DNA of 64,000 nt from Bacilli bacterium. GTDB taxonomy: Bacteria; Bacillota_I; Bacilli_A; RF39; UBA660. Positions 39,101 to 46,706 of this stretch are shown piece by piece. The position numbers were made by a program, and so were the translations under genes. Numbering within the stretch: position 1 is the stretch's first letter; each line of letters begins with the position of its first letter. Where the stretch lies: contig JAEDNL010000002.1 of assembly GCA_016302505.1 (NCBI GenBank), positions 297 through 64,296 on the forward strand, in the 5' to 3' direction. The notes beneath the pieces are model-generated. The model was not told where the DNA came from. It saw nothing but the letters and a program-made list of their open reading frames with translations, and ran no database searches.

Positions 39101-39308
39101 TACTTTAACACCAGAGTCTATATCTAAAATAAAGGAATACAATAAAATTACTAATAATTATTTAGATAATACTCTTACTTGTAGTAAATACATTTCAGTA
39201 GGCTCAAATAATGATGATAATTCAAGGTTGTATTATGATTGTAAAAGTAGTTTCTTAAGAGATATTAAAAAACACGGTGTTATAGTTCATGCAGGAGGTG
39301 GTAACTAA
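36117..39308 (+). CDS. Module A gene 2: 1063-aa secreted cysteine-rich protein
   Basis: Signal peptide ...GNSNVNA/VVS. About 40 Cys by hand count. Blocks conserved with 41135..44326: AYCIQP (Cys codon 36672-36674), IGYPCGLAEVFYQA, ALRLWINYYY, TIEDPGMSCIVNSC, YCKVYCR, AGMQFSYDLG, KQCTSV, YRNVSLGKLFP. Its start overlaps the upstream stop (ATGA). Confidence 0.7.
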   Translation: MKKLSRLFIISSLFFIGNSNVNAVVSVNSDTVYKIEEQGPATYKYVESKTSSIDKFYKVVDSTKYIIFNTTDGDVDCKDKTSCQNIVDKKCANKDDCSLDLVVNEKIAQSLANDYCKEKDNCTVMKMCCDKTNCISEEKCISSKELKTVAVEKGKVRKQYSVIDTFQTRIWRYKINYGSKWSEAYCIQPGKMGPFGGQNYFLNHSIDVRSCTSVYDKNIGYPCGLAEVFYQAYSKKYDESNEDDFTSINIALRLWINYYYKVYNTYNSLSDIDKSGYEKLDDTYTESSIYESTVLAILDNYSSGKCSDASKYKGNILCDSKNKNNNVISRAIQLFNLVRNAKTFHGNEFMKADTIKDAQSKITLIEKGYKNNKKIFEVEVKGLKDVIITDETNKNITLYESIYKSCHNKENTTECKKAIKFTDGNGTSYYPATTNADGTFTIDWDNTQGKDSLVFKVINYEVCYKSTGNDVSDSKAAVYFGSASGYDAKLRIYYPNNNSYQIMVSYFNEGFKDKLGSSWDYRIKINIDDDSYCVDNCSDKCSDSKQSTDFEQSGSKQLLGTCGDDASLYSEYTIEDPGMSCIVNSCNSVTKDKYEESKAISNQYCKVYCRNTTKYYLKNKVDVYAGMQFSYDLGSELIKNGIISSQVKPDYKLTSVVMEHKQCTSVIDNDKWQNDYKNANKDAKTQLEYDLYNCNLYSSKNMPSKYNNYINKNTGTIRDYLYSSELDDCVNGSSNCNKIDVSYDEGYKVVLNKNVRKETSNKTYYCSSNNCFDNSDVNSCSSEKSNMNGSIPNNKYATVFIDTQYDYYLKTKFKYETYTGNIITNGKTENTVDLPSFSYPIKSTTRTGTYNIKYSITNIAKNKVYDFNNIKYTCKYNVYNVTKKYDCNYKTGECSNSCYEVKNGVAVLKSECMSFKKSNDVGMGLIYRNVSLGKLFPASRVNYSNWSDYNYVINPEIYNKNFSNKTINVSEIKKTIENTSEELYKQDNEHLEYSYTLTPESISKIKEYNKITNNYLDNTLTCSKYISVGSNNDDNSRLYYDCKSSFLRDIKKHGVIVHAGGGN

Positions 39309-40375
39309 TGAAAGAATCATTATGGGGTTATTTGATATTAGTATTAGGTGTTATAGTTACTACTGTTATACTTTTAGTAAATAGAGTAACAACAACAACA
39401 GAAGAAGATTATTATTTAGGACAAGAAGTTATGAAGTCAGCTATGCTTGATGCTATAGATTATGGAACTTATAGAACTACTGGTAAAATAGTTATGTCTA
39501 AAGAAAAATTTGTTGAAGTATTTATAAGAAGATTTTCTGAAAGCGTAACAAATAATAAAACATATAAATTAGATTTTTATGATATATATGAAGAACCTCC
39601 TAAAGCTAGTGTAAGAATAAGAGCAACATCAGGTAGTGCTACTATAAATGATGAGACACTTAATGTAACATTAGACACTGTTTTAAATGGTATATTAGAA
39701 ACTATATATGAACAATATTTAGATGGTATAACAACCACTGATAGATATTTTTATCATCAAAATAAAATTAATTATTATTATTCAAGTATTAATGATAAAA
39801 ATGAAGTGGTTGGTTCAACTACTGAAATAAAAGATGGTTCTAAAATAGTATTAGTACTTGATAAATACGCTGAGATTAATCCAAGTGAAATATTTAAATA
39901 TTATGCGGAAGGTAAAGTTGGAGCATCTATGAATGAAGTATCAGAAATATTATCAGCTTCAGCTTGTAATTATAAAGATTCTAGCGGAAAAGAGTATTGT
40001 AAAGGAATATATAACAATAAGATAGTGTATATTTATAGAAAGACATTATCTTATAAAAATAATACTAATACTAGTTTTAATAATCAAACAAAGAAAGCAT
40101 TAACATGTGGTATAAAATCTAGTTTTGACACTAAGTATAATAATAAAACTTATTCAGTAAAATATGTTAATAATAAAGAAGGAGCAACTATATATACAAA
40201 TACTAGTTTTAGTAAAGAAAAAGGAAGTTTAAGTTGCGGTAAATCTGTTATAGTTAATGGCTGTAATTATAAGAATAGTTCTAATACTTATTGTAAAATA
40301 ATTGATGAAAGTGGAAAAGATAATTACATAAATAAAAATTATTTAAGTGATAAACCACAAGAATGTGGTAGTTAA
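39308..40375 (+). CDS. Module A gene 3: N-terminally anchored (pilin-like leader) protein with conserved N-domain and Cys-bracketed SH3-like C-terminal repeats
   Basis: 355 aa. MKESLWG + hydrophobic helix. The first ~137 aa are about three-quarters identical to 44326..45804 by hand alignment. The C-terminus carries repeats like CNYKDSSGKEYCKGIYNNKIVYIYRKTLS. Its start overlaps the upstream stop (TAATG). Confidence 0.65.
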   Translation: MKESLWGYLILVLGVIVTTVILLVNRVTTTTEEDYYLGQEVMKSAMLDAIDYGTYRTTGKIVMSKEKFVEVFIRRFSESVTNNKTYKLDFYDIYEEPPKASVRIRATSGSATINDETLNVTLDTVLNGILETIYEQYLDGITTTDRYFYHQNKINYYYSSINDKNEVVGSTTEIKDGSKIVLVLDKYAEINPSEIFKYYAEGKVGASMNEVSEILSASACNYKDSSGKEYCKGIYNNKIVYIYRKTLSYKNNTNTSFNNQTKKALTCGIKSSFDTKYNNKTYSVKYVNNKEGATIYTNTSFSKEKGSLSCGKSVIVNGCNYKNSSNTYCKIIDESGKDNYINKNYLSDKPQECGS

Positions 40376-40406
40376 GATATTGTAATTTCAATATCTTTTC
40401 TTTTTA
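40374..40406 (+). terminator. Rho-independent terminator between module A and module B
   Basis: Stem AAGATATTG (40374-40382) / CAATATCTT (40389-40397), 6-nt loop, then a T-rich tail. Confidence 0.65.
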
Positions 40407-40469
40407 AATAAAATACTTTAAAAATTTTTTAAAATATATTATAATCATTATAGATAAAGTAGGTGAGTT

Positions 40470-41138
40470 ATGAATAATAAAATATCTAAGTTAACTTTAA
40501 TATTTTCATTAACTTTTATGTTTACATTAAATGTAAATGCACAATGTAATGATGATGAGCTTAATAATTGGGCAGAAAAAGTAAATATTGAATTTAAGGA
40601 AGAAGTTGAAACAAAAGATTATAATCCTGAATTTGCATATGTATTACTTATGAGCCCATATAATGATAAAATAACTATGAAAGCAACGGATGACTATTCA
40701 GATGATTTTTATACCATCGAATATGATGATTATTATAAAACCAATGCAATAGGTAGTTATGTTCATTTTGAAGAAAAAACTTATACTATAAGATTTTATG
40801 GTAATGAAAAATCAACATGTAATGGTGAATTATTAAGAGAAATCGAGTATAAAGTACCTAGCTATAATCAATATGCATTAACTGATTTTTGTCAACAAGA
40901 AGAAAATAAAAACCAAGATATTTGTAAAATGAATACTGATACTAGTAAAATAACGGAAGAAGATTTTAATAAAAAAGCAGATGTAATAGATGAAAAAAAT
41001 AAAGAAACCAATATATTTGAAAAAATAATTAAATTTATTATTAAATATTGGTACTATGTAGTTATACCTTTTGTTATTGTTGCAGCTATTTATTATTATA
41101 AAGTATCTGCATATAAAAAGGAGCAAGATAAGAAATGA
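40470..41138 (+). CDS. Module B gene 1: small secreted Cys-containing protein with C-terminal anchor
   Basis: 222 aa. Signal peptide ...LNVNA/QCNDDELNNWAEKV and C-terminal TM + KKEQDKK. Paralogue of 35500..36120. Confidence 0.65.
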   Translation: MNNKISKLTLIFSLTFMFTLNVNAQCNDDELNNWAEKVNIEFKEEVETKDYNPEFAYVLLMSPYNDKITMKATDDYSDDFYTIEYDDYYKTNAIGSYVHFEEKTYTIRFYGNEKSTCNGELLREIEYKVPSYNQYALTDFCQQEENKNQDICKMNTDTSKITEEDFNKKADVIDEKNKETNIFEKIIKFIIKYWYYVVIPFVIVAAIYYYKVSAYKKEQDKK

Positions 41139-44100
41139 GAAATAAATTATATAAATCTATTTTATTATTTGCATGCTTATTCATATCAACTACAGTTATA
41201 AATGCAGCTACTGCATCAGGAAGTCAAACAATGGTTAATATAAGAAATACAAGCATAGGTGGAAGTAGTTCTAAGATAGCTGGATTTTATAATACTACAA
41301 CGAAAGCTTATCAAAAGGGAGAAGATAAATACATTGGAACTTTTGAAAAGAATTTACAAGGATATGCAGCCTTAAGAAATACTCTTAGAAATTATAATTG
41401 TAGTACTGACAATGAGTCACACTATAGAAATTGTACTTGTGAAAATCCCCATGATACATGTAGAATATCTCACTATAGGCATGATGACGGAACATATCTT
41501 ATGGATGCATATGTAAACCAAGCAAAACTTGCAAGTGTTCCAGCAACAACTGGCACTTATATTCATCACTACACTATAACTAACTCTACTGGTTCATCTT
41601 CAAGTAATGCATATTGTATTCAACCTTCTAAACAATGGCCAGGAAGTAGTGATCAAACTGATCCTAATTACATTTTAAATAGAACTGTTGATGTTAGAAA
41701 TTGTAAATCAATAGGAGATAGAAGTATTGGATATCCTTGTGGACTTGCTGAAATATTTTATCAAGCTAAAAAAGGTACTATGAGTAAATTGTCTGACGAA
41801 AATGAACATTATAATGTTATTGGTGCAGCACTTAGAATGTGGGTTGTTTATTGGTATAAATTTACTAATTATAGGAATATGGCTGGTATTGAGCAAGAAA
41901 GTGTATGTGGAGAAACAGGAGCGGGATGTGTAACTGGAAATGAGTATGCATCAAAGCCAGTATATTATAATACTGTTAATGCGGTATTGATGGGTTATAC
42001 TGGTAGTTCGTGTAGTAATGTTTCTAAAAAATACGGTAATGGGTCTAATCATGGTATATTATGTTGGACTGATAAAAGATCAAAGGAATCAGTTCAAAAT
42101 ATTATAAATTTATTTAATTATGTAAGACTTCATCAAAATGATAAAATACAAGATAATAGATTTGGTGCTGCTGATAATAGTTTTGATATTAAAACATATA
42201 TTAAAGAAAAGCAAAAATTAAAAACTAAATCAGATGGTCAAACTAAATGGAATATGACAATAGAAGTTAAGGTTGATGAAAATGTTAAGAATCAAATATA
42301 TGCTAAATGTAATCCTAAAAATGAATCAGGATGTAAATCACTTGTAGAAGTTATTGATGCTTATGGAGATTCTATTGGATATTGTTCAGGAAATGATATT
42401 AATAATGGAAAATCATGCTATAAAATTAACTTTAATGATCCTGATTATGAAGCTGGTGGAAAAGACTCATATTTATATACATTTAAAGTATATAATTATA
42501 AAGTTTGTGTGTTGACCAATAAAGAGGGAACAGTTGGTTTATATTTAACCAAACCTGGTATTAAGTTTAAATTAAAAGGTGGCTCTACTGGATTTGCTAC
42601 TGTAAGGCAATATATTCATAGTAGTAGTCCTGCTGATCGCCAAGTTATGATGACATATATTGATGATTATAAGAAATTTGATGGTGCCGAGATTAATAAA
42701 CCAGGAAAGGCACAAGATTATCATTTTCCGTTTGATTTAAGCGATATTAGTTGCGATCCTGCTGAGAATTGCGATAAGAAAAATAAGTGTTTAGATCTTA
42801 ATAAATCTACAGATATAAAAGGAAATAAAGATGGTAATAGTGTTGTAAGTGATATATGTAATAGTGGTGGTAATGATGCTGGTAAAGAGTTCAGTTATAA
42901 AACTATAGAAGACCCTCAAATGTCATGTATTCTCAACAATTGTGACACAAAGGCTACTGAAGAATATGATGTTACTAATAAATTAGGTGTTAATTCTGCA
43001 TTTTGTCATGTATATTGTAGAGATGAAGTTAGATTCTATATACCATCTCCTACTAGTGTCCTTGCAGGAATGCAATTTAGATTTGATTTAGGTAATTCAT
43101 TAAGAAAATTTGGGGCTATAACGAAACAAAATGATAATAATAAGAAATTAACAGCAGTAGTTGTTAGATATAAACAATGTACAAGTGTATTTAATCAATC
43201 TGAATATTATAATTCTGTTTCTAATACTAAAGATAAAGAAAAAGATTATTGCTTAATGAATAAGGAATTAATAAATAAATTAATTGATGAAGGTAATAAT
43301 GGTTTTAGCTATGATAGTAATAAAGAACCTACTTCATTAACAGTTACATATGAAGAGGGTAATAAAGTAAATATTAAATCTAATTATACAAAAACACGAG
43401 AAAGTTTAATGTATTGTAAGAATGATTGCTATAAGGTAAATAATACTAAGACTAAGACTTCTTGTGAAGCTAACTTAAGTAAATTTACAACTAGCAAGCC
43501 TACTATTAATTCTAATGATATTGTATATTCGACTTTATTAATAAGGGTTCAAAATGATTATTATATTGATAATGTATTCTCGTATGAACCTATTACTGGA
43601 AAAGTTTCTACAAACACTAGTAGAAAAACTAAAATTCCTAAATATAGTTATCCTGTTAGTATAGATACACCATCTGGTAAATATAATATTAATTATAAAT
43701 TTAACAATGTATCTAAAGATATTACAACTGGATATAATACATTTAATTATTCTTGTACATATAATGTATATAATACAACTAAAAAGAATAATTGTGATTA
43801 CAAATCTGGTGGTAAAGTTGATATATCTAAATGTTCTAATGCGTGTTTTGAAGTTGATTCAGAAGGGAACACTGTTATTGATAAAAATTGTATTAAATGG
43901 AATGAAACTGATAAATATGGTTTAGGTATAAGTTATAGAAATGTAAGCCTTAAAAATTTATTTCCAGTAGCTAGAGGTAATAGAAATAACTGGTATTATA
44001 AAGATGAAATAAACAATCCTTATGCTATTAAAAATGGTATTACTGTTAAGCATGAAAAAAGCAAAATAACTGTTGGAGATTTAATAAAAAAAACACAGGA

Positions 44101-44326
44101 TGTTGGTAATGATATATATAATAAAGAACATTTAGAAGCGAGTTATAAATTAACAACTGAAACCATTAAATCAATTAAAAAATATAATAAAAATAATGGT
44201 AATACTTATCTTAATGATACATCTGTTGATTGTGTTGAAGTGAAAAGAGCATCTGGTGGAAAATATTATAGGTGTGGAAGTACTTTCTTAAATGAAATTA
44301 GAAGTTCAAAGGTGGGTGGTAACTAA
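41135..44326 (+). CDS. Module B gene 2: 1063-aa secreted cysteine-rich protein
   Basis: Signal peptide ...TTVINA/ATA. About 36 Cys in the mature part by hand count. It has the same length as 36117..39308 and the same conserved blocks: AYCIQP with Cys codon 41615-41617, IGYPCGLAEIFYQA, ALRMWVVYWY, TIEDPQMSCILNNC, FCHVYCR, AGMQFRFDLG, KQCTSV, YRNVSLKNLFP. Confidence 0.7.
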   Translation: MRNKLYKSILLFACLFISTTVINAATASGSQTMVNIRNTSIGGSSSKIAGFYNTTTKAYQKGEDKYIGTFEKNLQGYAALRNTLRNYNCSTDNESHYRNCTCENPHDTCRISHYRHDDGTYLMDAYVNQAKLASVPATTGTYIHHYTITNSTGSSSSNAYCIQPSKQWPGSSDQTDPNYILNRTVDVRNCKSIGDRSIGYPCGLAEIFYQAKKGTMSKLSDENEHYNVIGAALRMWVVYWYKFTNYRNMAGIEQESVCGETGAGCVTGNEYASKPVYYNTVNAVLMGYTGSSCSNVSKKYGNGSNHGILCWTDKRSKESVQNIINLFNYVRLHQNDKIQDNRFGAADNSFDIKTYIKEKQKLKTKSDGQTKWNMTIEVKVDENVKNQIYAKCNPKNESGCKSLVEVIDAYGDSIGYCSGNDINNGKSCYKINFNDPDYEAGGKDSYLYTFKVYNYKVCVLTNKEGTVGLYLTKPGIKFKLKGGSTGFATVRQYIHSSSPADRQVMMTYIDDYKKFDGAEINKPGKAQDYHFPFDLSDISCDPAENCDKKNKCLDLNKSTDIKGNKDGNSVVSDICNSGGNDAGKEFSYKTIEDPQMSCILNNCDTKATEEYDVTNKLGVNSAFCHVYCRDEVRFYIPSPTSVLAGMQFRFDLGNSLRKFGAITKQNDNNKKLTAVVVRYKQCTSVFNQSEYYNSVSNTKDKEKDYCLMNKELINKLIDEGNNGFSYDSNKEPTSLTVTYEEGNKVNIKSNYTKTRESLMYCKNDCYKVNNTKTKTSCEANLSKFTTSKPTINSNDIVYSTLLIRVQNDYYIDNVFSYEPITGKVSTNTSRKTKIPKYSYPVSIDTPSGKYNINYKFNNVSKDITTGYNTFNYSCTYNVYNTTKKNNCDYKSGGKVDISKCSNACFEVDSEGNTVIDKNCIKWNETDKYGLGISYRNVSLKNLFPVARGNRNNWYYKDEINNPYAIKNGITVKHEKSKITVGDLIKKTQDVGNDIYNKEHLEASYKLTTETIKSIKKYNKNNGNTYLNDTSVDCVEVKRASGGKYYRCGSTFLNEIRSSKVGGN

Positions 44327-45804
44327 TGAAAGAATCTTTATGGGGATATTTGATTTTATTACTTGGTGTGATAGTTACCACTGTAATGCTTCTAGTGTCA
44401 AGAGTAACAACTCATGCTGAAGAGGACTATTATTTGGCAAGAGAAATTATGCAATCTGCAATGTTGGATGCTGTTGATTATGGAGCATATAGAACAACTG
44501 GTAAAATTATTATGTCTAAAAGTAAATTTATGGAAGTATATATTAGAAGATTTGCTGAAAGCGTTACTAATTCTCAAGATTATCAAATAGATTTTTATGA
44601 TATATGTGAAGAACCTCCTAAAGCAAGTGTTAGAATTCGTACTTCAAGTGGTGGGGCAACTATTAATTCTGATACATTAAACTTTAGTGTTGATACATTA
44701 ATTAGTGGTATTTTAGAAACAAATTTTGAACAATATAATGCTATGGATGTTACTAAAGAGAATAATGCAACTTCAAAAGAATATTCAGAAGGCAAAAGTT
44801 CAACTGTTAGATATACTACTACAAGTGAAGGAAATTATATGCAGACAAATGTATATGAATTAGTAAGTGGTCAAACAGTTAAAAAAACTAATAAAAAAAT
44901 TCCTTCTGGTAGTAGAGTAACATTAGCAATGTCAAATGTAATAGATCAATCTATGGATTTAAAAGAATTAGAATTAGCAGAATCAAATGATTTAACAAAT
45001 AGAGCATGTGCATATAAAATTCAAGGTGGACAATTAGGAAAATATTGTAAAGTATTCTATAATGGTGAAGAAATTTATGTATATAGAATGAACTTATCTA
45101 GAGTTAATACTTCTATATATGAAGATAAATCTGATTCATTTATAAATAATAATTATAAATTATGTGAATATTCAACATTGAAATCTAATTCTAGTAGTAC
45201 ATCAATTGTTGAATATAAATGGATAAAAAATGGTGGAACAATTGCATATCCTAGTTTTTCATCTTCTAAAAATGGTAAGACAGTAGAAGCTTGTACTTTA
45301 GTAAAAGTGAGTGGATGTAATTATGGAAGTAATAAGGATATGTGTAAGGTTGAGAATAAAGGTTACATATATGAAAATGATTTAAAGGATGAATATGAAT
45401 GTGGTAATGAAAAAGTAACCATTCCAGATAATGTTACATTAAAGGACTTGCAAAATATAGGTACTATTGATGAAATAACTAAAGATGTAAGTCAAAAAAA
45501 ATATATGCTTATTGTACTTGATCAAAATGGTGTTACTGATTTGGGTACGCCTATATATTATTATTACGATACAAAAAATGAAAAAATGTACAAGTCTTAT
45601 AATCGTTCTAGTAAAAAATTTAGTGGTGAAATTAAAAAAATAACTATACCTAAAGTAAATAAAAAGTCTTGTCAAGGTTATATAGTTAAGAATGGTGGAT
45701 TTGTTATTGACTCTAAAGGAAACATGGTTAGTGACTTTGAGAAAATTCTTAAATCTACTTATGGTTCTGATGCAATAGTATATATATTATATCCAATGTG
45801 TTAA
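44326..45804 (+). CDS. Module B gene 3: N-terminally anchored (pilin-like leader) protein, longer paralogue of 39308..40375
   Basis: 492 aa. MKESLWG + hydrophobic helix and the conserved N-domain. Cys-bracketed repeats (CAYKIQGGQLGKYCKVFYNGEEIYVYRMNLS; GCNYGSNKDMCKVENKGYIYENDL). Extra C-terminal ~130 aa. Confidence 0.65.
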   Translation: MKESLWGYLILLLGVIVTTVMLLVSRVTTHAEEDYYLAREIMQSAMLDAVDYGAYRTTGKIIMSKSKFMEVYIRRFAESVTNSQDYQIDFYDICEEPPKASVRIRTSSGGATINSDTLNFSVDTLISGILETNFEQYNAMDVTKENNATSKEYSEGKSSTVRYTTTSEGNYMQTNVYELVSGQTVKKTNKKIPSGSRVTLAMSNVIDQSMDLKELELAESNDLTNRACAYKIQGGQLGKYCKVFYNGEEIYVYRMNLSRVNTSIYEDKSDSFINNNYKLCEYSTLKSNSSSTSIVEYKWIKNGGTIAYPSFSSSKNGKTVEACTLVKVSGCNYGSNKDMCKVENKGYIYENDLKDEYECGNEKVTIPDNVTLKDLQNIGTIDEITKDVSQKKYMLIVLDQNGVTDLGTPIYYYYDTKNEKMYKSYNRSSKKFSGEIKKITIPKVNKKSCQGYIVKNGGFVIDSKGNMVSDFEKILKSTYGSDAIVYILYPMC

Positions 45805-45833
45805 GCTACTTTTGTTTGAAAAGTAGCTTTTCT
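45804..45833 (+). terminator. Strong Rho-independent terminator after module B
   Basis: Perfect 10-bp stem AGCTACTTTT (45804-45813) / AAAAGTAGCT (45819-45828), loop GTTTG, then TTTTC. Confidence 0.8.
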
Positions 45834-45836
45834 ATA

Positions 45837-45866
45837 TTGATAAATTATTTCTATTTATGATATAAT
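45837..45866 (+). promoter_or_regulatory. Sigma-A-like promoter for the Tad core operon
   Basis: TTGATA (45837-45842), 18-nt spacer, TATAAT (45861-45866). Confidence 0.5.
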
Positions 45867-45908
45867 TTATATGAATAAAATAGATAACTATATTTGGAGG
45901 AAAAAAGA

Positions 45909-46706
45909 ATGAGTAATATATTAATAGGGATAAAAAGATTTTTAAAGAATAAAAATACAATAACAATTCTTGCATTACTTTTATGTGTTGGACTTATTTA
46001 TGCTGGTTACAATTGGAGAATTAAAAAAGCAACTGAGCCAATAAATGTTCCATATGCTATTCAAACACTTTCACCAAGAACACAAATAACTAGTGAAATG
46101 GTTGGTACTCGTAAAGTGGCAGGAAAAATTGTTACTAAAGATGTTATATTAAATCAAAATGAAATAATTAATAAATATGTTAGTAATGAAGCAGAAATTC
46201 CAGCAGGTAGTATGTTTTATAAATCAACTGTTATTGAATGGGAGGAAATGCCAACAAGTTTAACTGAGAATATACCTGATGGTAATACAATTGTGTCTCT
46301 TCCTGTTACAACAGAAACTACTTATGGAAATTCTATATTTCCTGGTAACTACATTGATTTATATTATGTAGGTACTTACAATGGAAAAACTTTAATAGGA
46401 AAATTTATTGAAAGTATTAAAGTTCTTTCAGTAACAGATAGTTCCGGTAATAATGTGTTTGAACAAAGCAGTGATATTCCATCTCCTTCATATATAATTT
46501 TTTCAGTACCTGAAGATATGCATTTATTATTAAGAAAAGCATTATATTTAAATGGTACTATATTCCCTGTACCAAGAAATTCAGAATATTCAAAAAATCC
46601 TAAGGCTACTGTAATAAGTAGTACACAAATACAACAATTAATACTTTCACAAACAGTTAATGTAAGTGAAAAAGATTTGAATTCAATAAAAATAGGAGGT
46701 AACTAA
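45909..46706 (+). CDS. cpaB: CpaB/RcpC-like Flp pilus assembly protein (SAF domain), copy 1
   Basis: ATG 45909 is 8 nt after GGAGG; the track's TTG 45894 is rejected. N-terminal TM, then INVPYAIQTLSPRTQITSEMVGTRKV...IPAGSMFY (SAF-like) and a beta-rich C-domain, the typical CpaB layout. Confidence 0.7.
   Translation: MSNILIGIKRFLKNKNTITILALLLCVGLIYAGYNWRIKKATEPINVPYAIQTLSPRTQITSEMVGTRKVAGKIVTKDVILNQNEIINKYVSNEAEIPAGSMFYKSTVIEWEEMPTSLTENIPDGNTIVSLPVTTETTYGNSIFPGNYIDLYYVGTYNGKTLIGKFIESIKVLSVTDSSGNNVFEQSSDIPSPSYIIFSVPEDMHLLLRKALYLNGTIFPVPRNSEYSKNPKATVISSTQIQQLILSQTVNVSEKDLNSIKIGGN

Larger units (their letters stand above)
35500..45804 (+). repeat. Tandem duplication of a three-gene module (35500-40375 and 40470-45804)
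   Basis: Both copies have the same gene order, the same 1063-aa length for the middle gene, and the same junction sequence GGTAACTAATGAAAGAATC at the gene 2/gene 3 boundary. Divergence is uneven: the 5' ~400 nt of gene 3 is highly similar, while the rest is much more diverged. Confidence 0.8.

Noticed and set aside
36117-44326. I considered a firm annotation of the 1063-aa proteins as thioester-domain (TQXA) adhesins.
   Set aside because: The Cys context (AYCIQP) fits, but the partner motif reads A-L-R-[LM]-W rather than T-Q-x-A-[IV]-W. There is no LPXTG anchor either. I keep it only as a hypothesis in the findings.
811-45675. Many 60-130 aa ORFs in the track lie antisense to, or out of frame within, long well-supported genes. 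Examples: 811..996, 3033..3299, 4842..5120, 5883..6269, 7761..8021, 9774..9980, 10102..10359, 12010..12333, 12587..12886, 13383..13574, 20956..21222, 23574..23909, 24472..24693, 24901..25083, 25758..26033, 26097..26297, 27279..27611, 28642..28830, 31965..32438, 36652..37894, 40878..41126, 41708..41896, 43707..43925, 44398..44795, 45439..45675, 48052..48234, 56733..56957, 57395..57580, 61103..61288.
   Set aside because: They are shadow ORFs expected in very AT-rich DNA. They have no RBS and low-complexity Ile/Leu/Phe/Asn/Tyr-rich translations, and each is fully embedded in a gene with strong motif support on the other frame or strand.
39296-46705. The shared C-terminal ...GGN on the two 1063-aa proteins and on CpaB-like copy 1 looked like a possible processing or sorting signal for the sortase-domain protein.
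   Set aside because: The Gly-Gly-Asn codons (GGA/GGT GGT AAC) coincide with the Shine-Dalgarno and spacer of the overlapping downstream gene (TAATG). The similarity is therefore explained at the DNA level. No hydrophobic or charged sorting tail follows.
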